From contig JAPDJO010000027.1 of assembly GCA_029259115.1 (NCBI GenBank), positions 1 through 64,000 of the forward strand: a stretch of DNA of 64,000 bases, in the 5' to 3' direction. The stretch's first letter is position 1, and each line of letters opens with the position of its first letter. The notes beneath the pieces are model-generated. The model worked only from the letters and a program-made list of their open reading frames with translations. It was not told the origin of the DNA and did no database searches. Origin of the DNA: Thermoplasmatota archaeon. GTDB lineage: Archaea; Thermoplasmatota; E2; DHVEG-1; B18-G2. Made by a program: the position numbers and the translations under genes. Below, piece by piece: positions 29,801 through 39,536 of this stretch.

Positions 29801-32800
29801 GGAGTGAAAGTGTTTAGAGTGTCAGCAACAGATGATAATGATAACATAGCTCCTTTTGCTAATGTTAATCCAACTGTGGATATCTTTGCTCCAGGTGTTG
29901 AAATAACAACACAACTTGGAACTTATTCTGGAACGTCTATGTCGGTCGGCTTCGTAGCAGGTGCAGCAGCACTGCTCATGGAGAAAGAAAAGGGAATTTC
30001 TGTTTATGAGGTCAAGTATAGACTAAGAAGCACAGGTAAACCTATACATTATGTGTACAACTCCTCCATATCGTGTGATATTGCTAGACTGGATGTGTAC
30101 AACGCTTTAATCAATAATCAAACAATGACTCCATATGACTACCACTGGTGGCATGAAGATGTCCCGCAAGAATATGAGGTTATAGGATCCCATGCCACAG
30201 TTATATCCAGCACGACTGACATTGAAGGGGGAGGAGATGTAAATGCAGCCCCTTCTGCATCGTACTATGGCGGAGCATGCGATATCTACGCAGGTAAAAA
30301 GGTAACCACGATACAGACTGATCATACCGATATGGACGGAGCTAAAGATGTTGATGATTGCAGGATAAGAATAGGCACATCTGATGGAAATTACTTTACG
30401 CTTCAATGGAATGTTGATAGTGATAGTTACTCTATAGTTGATGGATCTGGCTATGTTTCGATAGATGGATGTACCGTGACAGAAACGAGTATAACTAATG
30501 GTTATCGTCTCACTTGGGAGTTTATCGTTGATTGGGATTTCCCTTTTGATGATCAAGATTATGATGTTGCTGCATGGACTGATGATGAATCTGGAGCAAA
30601 CTCTGATTATCAATGGGACGAAGCTGGAACTTATACATTTGAAAACGATCTTGAAGTTGTTTCCTTTGAGGTATCAATTGATAGCAATTATGATGAGGAT
30701 CATGATGGAAAGATAGAGGATGATGAGTGGTTTGCTGGAGGGTATCAAGTAACAGCGTCTGGAACTGTGGAATACCAAGGGTCATCGGTAAAATTTGATT
30801 CAAGTTATGCATCGTCAGTTGAAGTTCAACTATTTTATGATACAGATGGAGATGGTGCTCCAGATGATCTTGGAGATACGTATGCTGATACCTCCATAGA
30901 TAATGGTGAGTTTTCCATAACCTACACTCCTGGAACATCTCCAGCCCTTCAACCAAATGCTCATTTTGATGTAGCAATACAGGGAATTCCTACAGGTGGT
31001 TCTGATGTTACTCAAGACAGTATAGAAATAACTTCAAAGAGAGACAATGAGGATCCATCGTCATCTGTAGATCAAATCTCTCCGTATTGGCAGACATCGT
31101 CTCCTATAACTATTACCGCAACTGCAAGTGATGGTTCTGGAAGTGGTATTAATAGCGTGATTTTGTATTATAGATATAGCTCTGATAACTCAACATGGGG
31201 ATCTTGGCAGAGTTTTGGAACAGATACAGCTTCACCATGGGAATGGAGTTTTGACTTTCCGAATGGAACTGGATACTATCAGTTCTATTCTATAGCTGAA
31301 GACAATGCTGGTAACGTGGAATCAGCACCAGCGAGTGCTGATGCTGAATGTTATTACAATCCATCAACAAACACTCCACCCACTATAGGCAACGAATATC
31401 CGGCAAATGACTCCACCAGAGTATCCATCCAACCAACATGTAGAATACAAGTAAATGATTCAGACGGTGATACACTAACAGTATATTGGTATGAAAATAC
31501 AACAGGTGATTGGGTTTTAAGGAATGTGAACAATAGCGTGCCAGCAAACTCTACAGTTAGCTTTAAATTCGCTCAATTCAATGATTATGGTACAACATAT
31601 TACTGGAAAGTAGCAGTCAATGATGGGACAGATAATGTTACTGCTATATATCATTTCACAACGAATCATCTCCCATCCGTAAGCAATGTTATAATAACTG
31701 CATCTCATAACTTCACTCTAGATAACCTAATAGGTAACGGCACATACTATGATGCTGATGGCGATCCTGAATCTGGTTCTTTATATCAATGGTGGACAAA
31801 CGAATCCGGTGCATGGCAGAAAATACCAGGCGCAACCTCTAAGATATTAGATGCAAATCTTACCAAAGAAGGATGCTGGTACAAGTTTGAGTACACGCCT
31901 TGCGATGGTACCAATTACGGCAATCCTGTCAACTCTACACCCTTCCAAGTTAGACCTCTCACAGAAACAGCAACATACTCAGGAAAATTCAATATATCTG
32001 GCAATTTAACTGTAGCAAATGGTGGTACCCTCTATCTAGGTACTTCAACATTAACCGTGGAAAACACAGTAAAGATACTGGATGGTGGTATCTTCAATGG
32101 CGGCTCAGGAACGCATACATTTGGCTCACTTACTGTAGAGAGTGGTGGTATATTCAATGCCACGACCGGGATAACTTATCTGAATAATAAAGACTCCAAT
32201 GGCTATGTTCTTGATATCGATGGAACCATAATCAATAATTCCGGAACAGTAGAAATAGACTCCTCCGGATCTGTCTATATGGATGCAAATCCGTCATCTG
32301 GAAGTTTATTTGATCTCGTAATAAAACTAGGATCTCAAACCTCAAAAGTACTACTTCAGGATGCATGTATAGTAGGAGGAAATTTGACTATCGATGATGG
32401 CATACTTGATACAAACAATAACATCCTAAGTGTTGAAGATAGATTGTACATACTTTCCGGTGGCGAACTCAACTGCACCGGAGACAATGTAGATCATAAG
32501 GTTGGATCTCTTTACTTAGATACCTTTAGTTCTTTCAAAGGTTCTTCCCAAAGTAGACTTATAGTCACATCCCAATACGGTGGTCTCTCATTAAATATAT
32601 TAGGAGATTTTATCTCGAATGGTGAATCTATCGAATTGAGAACCTCCGAATCGTCTCGAATAAACGTCAAATCTTCTTCTGGTGGATTGTATAATCTGAT
32701 TATCAATTCGAGTTCAATCGTGGAGTGGGAAGGTAGCTTAAACATTTTGAATAACCTTACCATCATATCAGGTACACTCAGACCATTTGTTGGAAGTAAT

Positions 32801-34558
32801 GATATAACTGTTGGTAATACCGTCAATATTAATGACGGAACCCTAGGTAGTAACTCCGCGTCTGGAATATGGACTTTCGGCTCAATTATTCAAAGTTCTG
32901 GAACAATATATGCAACTTCTAAATTCATAAACATAACCGGAAAATCGAATACTGGATATGCTGTAGATTTAGATGGGATCTTCATTAATAATTCTTGTGT
33001 AATTAGGATAAAAAGCAGTAGTGAAGCAAGTATAGATATATCTCCCTCATCTGGAAATCTCTATGATCTTGTTATAGACACTGGCAGCTATAAAATCACA
33101 AGTATCGAATCTTCCGTGATTTCTAATAACCTAAGCATATTATCCGGAACATTTGATTTGAAAAGTGATCTGGATGTTGGTAATGTTAATATAGGAACTA
33201 ACTGTGTATTCAATATAACAAATGATGCAACCCTCTCAATGGATGGTACCCTAACACTAAATGGTGATTTCAATATTATTGATGGTAATGCAACTGGCAT
33301 CAATCTTGGAGGAACGCTATTTGATCTTCTCAACGCTGTGAATATCTCTATCCAAAATGTCGTAGGTGTACCCTCTGATCCGCCTAATCTCAGAAACATA
33401 GGCAAGTATGTGAATATAACAAGTTGCGGGTCATCTTCAATTGTGGATATCAATATAACTTACAGCGACTTAGACCTGGGTACAGTAGATGAGAGCAGTT
33501 TAAGAATGTATGAATACAACTCTTCAACATCTACTTGGTCAATTGCTCCAAATACTGGAGTGAATGTCTCTACTAATCATGTCTGGGCTATTGGTGTAAC
33601 CAACTTCAGTGTATATGCTCCTTTAGGGGAAACTCAAAACAATCCACCCACCATTAATAGCATAGATCTAAGAAATGATACAGGATCCAAGTTGAATAGC
33701 GACCAGATGATAGATGTAAATAAAGAGTATTACTTCTTGATAAATGTTACAGATCCTGATGGATGGCAAGATGTAGAATACATCAACATAACAGCATGGT
33801 ATGATAACGGAAATGAAAGTAGTTATTATAATCAGACGCTTGGCGGGAATTTGAATATGTTCTTACAGTACAAAAACACGACAGGAACTGCGGAGTATAG
33901 GTTAATTTGGCCAAAGGATGAGGTTGAATTGATTGTAGCAAATTGTAGCGAAACAATAATCAATTCGACTACGAGAGAGATAAAGATTGCATTTAAGCCA
34001 AAGTCCCAGTTCAGATATGCGCCAGGCGACGGCACATGGAACTCAACTGTAAATGCAACCGATGATCCATACTCCTGGAATGTGAATGTATCTGTAGAAG
34101 ACAACAGTAGCGCAGGATCTTGGGAAAAGAGTGAGTTCGGAGTTTATAGATACGTAAATATAGAAGTCCCATCGAACTGGATAGGTGTCTCTGCCCTACC
34201 AGGCCATTACGATGATTCTAACGTCGTTACAATAACGTTTTCATCAAACTACGATTATAAATTATCGATATGGTTCTCTACAAATCTCGTAAATCAATCA
34301 ACAGGATCTGTGATTCCAATAGCAAATAACGTTTATGCCCTAGCGAATGCAGATCCCAATGATGACATAACAACAGATACAGTGTTCTCTGGAACTGGGG
34401 AGGGTAATGCTGTTGAGATAATAAATGCATCTGGAACATTCAATCCAAATGGAACCTATCAGACTGTAAACGTTCAATTCAGGGTTTACATTCCATTCGG
34501 CACCTTATCTGGAGAGTACAGAGCAAATACCCACGCTAAAATAGAACAAAAGACTTAA
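26825..34558 (+). CDS. Giant (2577 aa) multidomain surface protein with S8 subtilase and a C-terminal module shared with the downstream genes
   Basis: N-terminal TM/signal; N/S-rich linker; alpha-toroid-like region (QNEDGGF); S8 triad ILDTG/NGHGT/SGTSM; Ig-like domains; beta-helix-like repeats. Module 33638-34558 is homologous to the next two ORFs. Confidence 0.88.
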   Translation: MGGMHKNRSSVRIHSRVHQVRIFYTKKGKLRKDKRGTSKILTILSLIIIVASSIFTPILVAEQAGVFRNDTNSTVANSDFNDETLKKINGSQVPGKDSLCGNATEKNQISSEDSSVESNTADRPDNGSADGNAYPSDSQQINNTSNINATGGKNSSAEENRDRNETDITIFNTSINTDGLILGRVESQSSDENKSIETFSNYSCSTNNQSDNQTYGNRYDETNQSNMGKDSMFSNLTVVNATDVYNYLFANSSDRNGTVCTNHIHDISIHTNVSTNGSACPQNKTNISLDNISFVGNFSSRNEDSDENATEDLYRAESSEDLLTSQNVSYSDGKENPSYRENETINVASCSEKEKILQKVNESLSEGKPVFLIFLDDNTNPYSNLENKYGDKITFLRVKIDDAVRFCFNLSSSPMLFLIKNRNESGYLYLEINPEIEIEKLDSILYFAANNIFTPTSYGTWYRDKRIYHRIYHNIDPEFQHFDVRKVIQPAINKAWKYLDPYEYIGTKKMDATMFSAFKVLYSNFRKDPKILKAYKERVFDGKKRIADRYLFQLNFFFNLNLSEDRFARKVIESDFLQSGMLTINELILRAFYSDEVPYTDEMFSWVLNNFSKRGGYDLTHSIMVYAILRERGGYDAEKIEQALDELCELVVEEQEEDHSRGSITDFDLYAERVGFLIIANRCDLIKEEWIEKIISFQNEDGGFPLGKYGEESHAHSTYVALLALMGYKKYVLEHREFDFSFTKPIPVKKPYIDSRFSTKFLEELDKKGKVKSLIKLKESVIPPWMVDVFGKNITVIDTSRGKYAVVEITKDILDLLRSREDISKVLLDERIGCSLSEALPLIEYDKASSQFNYSGRGIRICILDTGLNKAYVDFSQGYDFVNDDPYPEDNNGHGTQIALIIKSMAPNTTIIPIKVLSDDGKGYVSTALEGLEYAISLHPDIIVMAFGGGSYSGFCNDDPLANLSNYAVEQGIFVIASTGNDGSKNITSPACGVKVFRVSATDDNDNIAPFANVNPTVDIFAPGVEITTQLGTYSGTSMSVGFVAGAAALLMEKEKGISVYEVKYRLRSTGKPIHYVYNSSISCDIARLDVYNALINNQTMTPYDYHWWHEDVPQEYEVIGSHATVISSTTDIEGGGDVNAAPSASYYGGACDIYAGKKVTTIQTDHTDMDGAKDVDDCRIRIGTSDGNYFTLQWNVDSDSYSIVDGSGYVSIDGCTVTETSITNGYRLTWEFIVDWDFPFDDQDYDVAAWTDDESGANSDYQWDEAGTYTFENDLEVVSFEVSIDSNYDEDHDGKIEDDEWFAGGYQVTASGTVEYQGSSVKFDSSYASSVEVQLFYDTDGDGAPDDLGDTYADTSIDNGEFSITYTPGTSPALQPNAHFDVAIQGIPTGGSDVTQDSIEITSKRDNEDPSSSVDQISPYWQTSSPITITATASDGSGSGINSVILYYRYSSDNSTWGSWQSFGTDTASPWEWSFDFPNGTGYYQFYSIAEDNAGNVESAPASADAECYYNPSTNTPPTIGNEYPANDSTRVSIQPTCRIQVNDSDGDTLTVYWYENTTGDWVLRNVNNSVPANSTVSFKFAQFNDYGTTYYWKVAVNDGTDNVTAIYHFTTNHLPSVSNVIITASHNFTLDNLIGNGTYYDADGDPESGSLYQWWTNESGAWQKIPGATSKILDANLTKEGCWYKFEYTPCDGTNYGNPVNSTPFQVRPLTETATYSGKFNISGNLTVANGGTLYLGTSTLTVENTVKILDGGIFNGGSGTHTFGSLTVESGGIFNATTGITYLNNKDSNGYVLDIDGTIINNSGTVEIDSSGSVYMDANPSSGSLFDLVIKLGSQTSKVLLQDACIVGGNLTIDDGILDTNNNILSVEDRLYILSGGELNCTGDNVDHKVGSLYLDTFSSFKGSSQSRLIVTSQYGGLSLNILGDFISNGESIELRTSESSRINVKSSSGGLYNLIINSSSIVEWEGSLNILNNLTIISGTLRPFVGSNDITVGNTVNINDGTLGSNSASGIWTFGSIIQSSGTIYATSKFINITGKSNTGYAVDLDGIFINNSCVIRIKSSSEASIDISPSSGNLYDLVIDTGSYKITSIESSVISNNLSILSGTFDLKSDLDVGNVNIGTNCVFNITNDATLSMDGTLTLNGDFNIIDGNATGINLGGTLFDLLNAVNISIQNVVGVPSDPPNLRNIGKYVNITSCGSSSIVDINITYSDLDLGTVDESSLRMYEYNSSTSTWSIAPNTGVNVSTNHVWAIGVTNFSVYAPLGETQNNPPTINSIDLRNDTGSKLNSDQMIDVNKEYYFLINVTDPDGWQDVEYINITAWYDNGNESSYYNQTLGGNLNMFLQYKNTTGTAEYRLIWPKDEVELIVANCSETIINSTTREIKIAFKPKSQFRYAPGDGTWNSTVNATDDPYSWNVNVSVEDNSSAGSWEKSEFGVYRYVNIEVPSNWIGVSALPGHYDDSNVVTITFSSNYDYKLSIWFSTNLVNQSTGSVIPIANNVYALANADPNDDITTDTVFSGTGEGNAVEIINASGTFNPNGTYQTVNVQFRVYIPFGTLSGEYRANTHAKIEQKT

Positions 34559-34604
34559 ATATGAAAGTTAAGTTTAATGTAGCTCGGCACTAGGAGGGGA
34601 TGAA

Positions 34605-35666
34605 GTGAAGAAAAAAATTGCACTCATAGCTATAGCAATATTAATCATAGCTACAACATTTGTCGGTACTCCTTTTGTGAAAATCGTTTTTGGAGATATT
34701 GGAAACATATCAGAGGTTTGGCACAATACCAGCACGCTAACCATAGAGGTCTACCATGCGCCAGCGGTGATAAATTGGTATGATCTGCAAAACTCTACGG
34801 GAGTATCTCAGCTAAACAAACAGATAGATGTTGATCAAGCTTATTGCTTCATTATAAATGTAACATGTCCAAACAATTGGACCGAGATTGAGTATATCAA
34901 CATAACCGCATGGTATGATCAGGGGAATGAGAGTAGCTATTACAATGAGACTCCTGGAGGGAATCTCAATCTGTTTTTACAATACAAGAACATAACAGTA
35001 GGCGGAACCGGAGGGACAGCAGAGTATAACATGTTATGGCCAACTGGCGGAGAGGTGATTAAAGGCAGTATGGAGGAAGAGGTTATCAACGAATCCTGCC
35101 ATAACATAACATTATGGTTCACTCCAAAGTATCAATTCAGGTATGCGCCAGGCGATGGTTTGTGGGATAGCACAAGAAATGCGACGAATGATCTGAAATC
35201 ATGGAATTTCAAGATAGAGGTTGTCACAGAAGGAGGAAATACTACCTGGGTTATGGATGAGTTTGGGGTTTATCATTACTGTTCAATAGTTAGCGTTGGT
35301 AATCCAACAGCTGCTGGCTTACCTGGGCATAATGCAACCGCAGATCCTATAACTTTAATACATAGAGCAAATGCAAACTTTTCGTTATCTGTGGATATAG
35401 ACGATCTTCAAGAGACGAATGGATATGACACGATTCCAGAGACAGCATGTGGTTTGAAAGGTGGAGACAAAACATCGGCAAGCAACTTCGATGGCACTAA
35501 TCCAATATATATCTATGGAAGTGCATCCACATACCACAATCATGATGTAAGTGGAACCGAACATACTACAAGTGACATAATATTCCACTGTAACATTCCA
35601 TATGGTACGTTGGCTGGAGTTTATGAGACTAATGTTTACTATCATCTTGTGTTAGATCCTTCCTAA
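34605..35666 (+). CDS. Secreted two-domain beta protein, putative filament subunit A
   Basis: Signal peptide; YINITAWYD, GGNLNLFLQY, FRYAPGDG, EFGVY and C-terminal IPYGTLAGVY. Confidence 0.75.
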   Translation: MKKKIALIAIAILIIATTFVGTPFVKIVFGDIGNISEVWHNTSTLTIEVYHAPAVINWYDLQNSTGVSQLNKQIDVDQAYCFIINVTCPNNWTEIEYINITAWYDQGNESSYYNETPGGNLNLFLQYKNITVGGTGGTAEYNMLWPTGGEVIKGSMEEEVINESCHNITLWFTPKYQFRYAPGDGLWDSTRNATNDLKSWNFKIEVVTEGGNTTWVMDEFGVYHYCSIVSVGNPTAAGLPGHNATADPITLIHRANANFSLSVDIDDLQETNGYDTIPETACGLKGGDKTSASNFDGTNPIYIYGSASTYHNHDVSGTEHTTSDIIFHCNIPYGTLAGVYETNVYYHLVLDPS

Positions 35667-35680
35667 AAAGGTGAGATAAA

Positions 35681-36739
35681 ATGAGAAGGTATGTGTTGGT
35701 ATGGTTCTTGGCGCTTTTGGTCGTCTCTGCTGTTAGTGCTATAACAGAAAAAGATTTTATAATAATCAGTGCAAATCCTGGACATATAGATGTTGCTTAC
35801 GAAAATGATACCTACCTCAATGTAACCGTAATTGCTGGTCCAGCAACTATAAACTCCTATGATTTGCAGGTAGCATCTACTGGAGTGTCAAAAAAGAATG
35901 ATATGATCGATGTTGGAACAGAGTACAAGTTTGTTGTAAACGTAACATGTCCGAACACTTGGCAGGAAATTGATTATATCAATATAACGGCATGGTATGA
36001 TCAGGGAGATGAAAACAGCGTTTACAATGGAACCGCTGGTGGCAATCTTAACATGTTTCTGCAGTACAAAAACACGACAGGAACTGCAGAGTACAACATG
36101 TTATGGCCAACTGGCGGAGAGGTAACGAAAGGAACAATGACTGAAACTGTAATAAACGAAACAACCCATGTCGTGGAACTTAGATTCACTCCTCAACATC
36201 AGTTCAGGAGTGCGCCTGGCGATGGTTTGTGGAGCAACGCAGCGAATACAACAGATGACTTAAGATCCTGGAATTTCAAAATAGAAGTGACTACGAGTTC
36301 TGGAAATATTACATGGGTTAAAGATGAATTTGGAGTTTACAGATACTGTGAGTTGTCTGTATCCTCAAGTGTGACAGCATCTGCTTTACCAGGGCATAGA
36401 GCGAGTACTCAACTGGGTGCCTTAACTATAACATACAAAGTGAATGCCCCTTACAAATTGAATGTCACTACAAATGAAACTTTGCAGAGGGTTGGAGGAG
36501 GAGATTCGATAAGCAGAGACTTTATAAATGTTACAGGTGGAGACATAGTTGGGGAAGACAGTCTAAATGATGGCGTAGCATACATAAAAGGTAATGCAAG
36601 CAGTTATCATGCAATTCATGCAAGTGGAACTCAAGAAAGCATAAATGATGTGCAATATCATTGTGACATTCCATTCGGTACACTATCTGGAGTGTACTCA
36701 TCAAGACTCTATTATACATTATCTCTGGATACAAGCTAA
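35681..36739 (+). CDS. Secreted two-domain beta protein, putative filament subunit B
   Basis: Paralogue of the previous gene with the same motifs; C-terminal IPFGTLSGVY. Confidence 0.75.
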   Translation: MRRYVLVWFLALLVVSAVSAITEKDFIIISANPGHIDVAYENDTYLNVTVIAGPATINSYDLQVASTGVSKKNDMIDVGTEYKFVVNVTCPNTWQEIDYINITAWYDQGDENSVYNGTAGGNLNMFLQYKNTTGTAEYNMLWPTGGEVTKGTMTETVINETTHVVELRFTPQHQFRSAPGDGLWSNAANTTDDLRSWNFKIEVTTSSGNITWVKDEFGVYRYCELSVSSSVTASALPGHRASTQLGALTITYKVNAPYKLNVTTNETLQRVGGGDSISRDFINVTGGDIVGEDSLNDGVAYIKGNASSYHAIHASGTQESINDVQYHCDIPFGTLSGVYSSRLYYTLSLDTS

Positions 36740-36787
36740 AAATAAAATGGAAAATTTTATACAATAATACACAATAACGTAGAAACG

Positions 36788-38125
36788 GTGGTGAGGATCA
36801 GAGTAAACAAGAAAGTAGTGATAGTGATACCTGTTTTTATTTTGTGGCTTTTAACTTTATTACCTCTATACTCTCTTGCAGAAAATGGAGTGGACGTTAC
36901 GATCAGTATCTTAAAAAACAAAGAATTAGAAAAATATGGAAGGAAAGTTTTTGTAACAGGCGTCTGGAACTGGATAAACATCAGCTTTGATAAAAATGTC
37001 AGCAGAGTTAATATAACTCTATATAAAGGCGATAATCTTCCTTTAACAAAAAATGAAGAAAATTTCTATGCATGGTCTTATGATGGTGACTGGAAAGCTA
37101 TTACTGCTTATGATGGAAATGAGTATATAGATAAAGGGAACAGCAAAAAGATAGGAAATGAAATCTGTTTCAGGGTTTCAACAGAAAATATCGTAGAAGA
37201 TGATTTCGAGAATTGGACTTTATCTATTAAATACGATGAGAACGAAATAACCATCCCAATAATACTAGAGAAACCTCTAAGATCTCTCGCGGTAACAGGA
37301 GGCATAACTGTAAATGTCGAGCCTTTCCAGACTGTGACTGCATATGGTGATCATTATTTCACAACCATAAACAATGGAAATCTTCCCATGATCATAAATG
37401 TAAGTTACGACAAACTAAATGATAGGATAGTAACATCCAATACAGATACGATATTATGCCCGGGTGACAGTTTAAAACATAGCGTGGAAATAAAGACACA
37501 AGCATGGAAACCAGGCATAATAACGATTGGTGGAACTGTAACAGGGGTAGTTCCAGATGATATAATACCAACATTCATTACATCTCAGCCCACGATCCAA
37601 CTCAATACTGCCTTTATGCTCTCTCCAGGATCTCTCATAAAAATAATAGTAGGTCACAGCACTTACGAGTTAGAAGAGATAGAAGGAGGAAATCTAACTT
37701 TTCAATATAAAAAAGAGGTGGAGATACATCGCGATGAAGAGAGAAACGTGACCTCATTCCTCTGTGGAGGAGGAAATGTTACCCTCTCTATACATGTTCA
37801 AAACCTTAGTATTGTAGGTGTGTGGCTTGATGGGGATAAAATATCAAATTATGAAAATATAACAATTCAGCTGAATCCTTTACAGGAGAATCAGATTGAT
37901 GTTAGAATAAAAGCTTTACCAGAGGTAGAGGCTGGTAAAATCATTTACAAACTAACTACTGAGGACAGGGAATACAGTTACGAGACGACAATCAAGATAA
38001 AGGAACCAGAAGAAAATCCAGTAATAGAAAAAAGAGAGGACATTCTGCCAAAGATCCTTGTTGGATTAGGGATTATCTTTGCGATATCATACATTGCTGT
38101 AACGTATATTAGAGGGAGAAAATGA
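36788..38125 (+). CDS. Membrane-anchored multi-Ig-domain protein (candidate assembly factor)
   Basis: Signal peptide, beta-rich domains (TINNGNLPMIINV...LCPGDS) and C-terminal TM with basic tail. Confidence 0.65.
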   Translation: MVRIRVNKKVVIVIPVFILWLLTLLPLYSLAENGVDVTISILKNKELEKYGRKVFVTGVWNWINISFDKNVSRVNITLYKGDNLPLTKNEENFYAWSYDGDWKAITAYDGNEYIDKGNSKKIGNEICFRVSTENIVEDDFENWTLSIKYDENEITIPIILEKPLRSLAVTGGITVNVEPFQTVTAYGDHYFTTINNGNLPMIINVSYDKLNDRIVTSNTDTILCPGDSLKHSVEIKTQAWKPGIITIGGTVTGVVPDDIIPTFITSQPTIQLNTAFMLSPGSLIKIIVGHSTYELEEIEGGNLTFQYKKEVEIHRDEERNVTSFLCGGGNVTLSIHVQNLSIVGVWLDGDKISNYENITIQLNPLQENQIDVRIKALPEVEAGKIIYKLTTEDREYSYETTIKIKEPEENPVIEKREDILPKILVGLGIIFAISYIAVTYIRGRK

Positions 38126-38760
38126 AAAGGGGATTCCTCATAGTTACTTTCATCGTATCTCTCCTTCTGATAAATACTGCCAAAGCAAGTAAGGCAGGCG
38201 TTGGTGTCATTAATGTAACACCAACGTACAAATCAATAATTCTTTCAAATGGAGAAAACGCTGTAGAGGTTAAACTCTCCATCTCAGACTATAACTCTTG
38301 GAAGGATATATACAAAGTTGAGATTTTAGCAGAGAGTGGAAACAAAGAGTGTGCCCATTTTGTTTTTATGCACTACGAAAGTAAGGATTCTTTCAACGAA
38401 ATTAATTTGTTCAAAGAAATTGAAGGAAATGATTATCTAATACCTGAGTTGTGTGACGTGAAAAGGTCTCTTGTAGAAAAAACCATAGATGATAGATGTT
38501 TGATAAACGTAACCTTTGTATTTAAGCCTATACCCTATTGTACAAAACTATACATAATAGCCTATGATAGAGAGGATGAGAAAGCTACATTAAATATTCA
38601 ATACGATTTTTATCAGGATCAAAGGAATGAAGAAATAATTGTTCCCTTCTGGTCTGGTGAACCAGTGAAAATATCTCCTGATTTACCAAATGCATTTGCT
38701 GGCTCTCTTTCCTTGACTTTTGCTGCCTTCATACTATTTAAAAGGAGGGGTAGAAGGTGA
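38122..38760 (+). CDS. Membrane-anchored protein with one diverged copy of the shared N-terminal Ig domain
   Basis: VKLSISDYNSWKDIYKVEI aligns with FLINVTDPDGWQDVEYINI, and NVTFVFKP with EIKIAFKP; C-terminal TM plus KRRGRR. Confidence 0.6.
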   Translation: MKRGFLIVTFIVSLLLINTAKASKAGVGVINVTPTYKSIILSNGENAVEVKLSISDYNSWKDIYKVEILAESGNKECAHFVFMHYESKDSFNEINLFKEIEGNDYLIPELCDVKRSLVEKTIDDRCLINVTFVFKPIPYCTKLYIIAYDREDEKATLNIQYDFYQDQRNEEIIVPFWSGEPVKISPDLPNAFAGSLSLTFAAFILFKRRGRR

Positions 38761-39497
38761 AGGGTAAAGAAATGCTAGCAGATTTGCCCAAGCTTTTCTT
38801 GATTTTTCTAACCAGTTTTGTGACGATAAAGACCGTATTTATAATATTCTTTAACACGCCATATGATCCTCCTTTCATACTTCATTTATCTCCACTACAT
38901 ATATTAGATTCCGTCACAAATCTTCAACTTCTTCTAGTATCTCTCTTCCTGACGGTCGTCAATTTATATCTTCATATCAAGGAAGATGATAGAAGTAGAG
39001 TTTATTCTATAGCGATTACGTTTCTGATGGTGCTGGGTGTCTCTATCTCGGTAGCCTATAGCAAAGTTGGCATGGAAATGGCCGTCGAATACATTATATT
39101 CCTCCTTTTGCTTGTTCTACTGGTATCGGATGTAAAGCCATTTATAGCAAAGCAAAGGATGATACCTCATCCAACTCTATCGAGAGATTTCTCCAAATCA
39201 GGTAGAAGAAAAGATGTTTCCGGTCATAACCTAAAATCGAGTTACTACCGAGTTTCGAGTGATCTGGTACTGATAGATGATATGGATAAAGAACATATAG
39301 AGATTCTTAACGACATCGGAATAAGGAGTGTCGATGATCTGGCAAATTTGGATGCATCGAAACTAGTGAAAGACTTCAGAAATTATATACAAGAACTGGA
39401 AAATGCAGTTTCTAATCTGACAGAAGATAAGATAGAGGGTTGGATAGAAACTGCAAAAAGTTTAATAAATGAAAGAGATAGATTCCGAAATGCTTAA
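38757..39497 (+). CDS. 4-TM membrane protein with C-terminal helix-hairpin-helix (DUF4332-like) domain
   Basis: Four hydrophobic helices, then DLVLIDDM...ILNDIGIRSVDDLA...IEGWIETAK. Confidence 0.65.
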   Translation: MKGKEMLADLPKLFLIFLTSFVTIKTVFIIFFNTPYDPPFILHLSPLHILDSVTNLQLLLVSLFLTVVNLYLHIKEDDRSRVYSIAITFLMVLGVSISVAYSKVGMEMAVEYIIFLLLLVLLVSDVKPFIAKQRMIPHPTLSRDFSKSGRRKDVSGHNLKSSYYRVSSDLVLIDDMDKEHIEILNDIGIRSVDDLANLDASKLVKDFRNYIQELENAVSNLTEDKIEGWIETAKSLINERDRFRNA

Positions 39498-39536
39498 ATA
39501 TAATTTAAATTTAACTCAAGAAATAAAAATATAGGG

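Noticed and set aside
33866-36123. Diversity-generating retroelement template/variable repeats
   Set aside because: No reverse transcriptase in the window, tracts are short, and the differences are not adenine-specific.
34605-36739. Type IV pilin/archaellin identity for the paired secreted paralogues
   Set aside because: No class III signal peptide pattern and no ATPase/TadC genes nearby; the signals look like class I.
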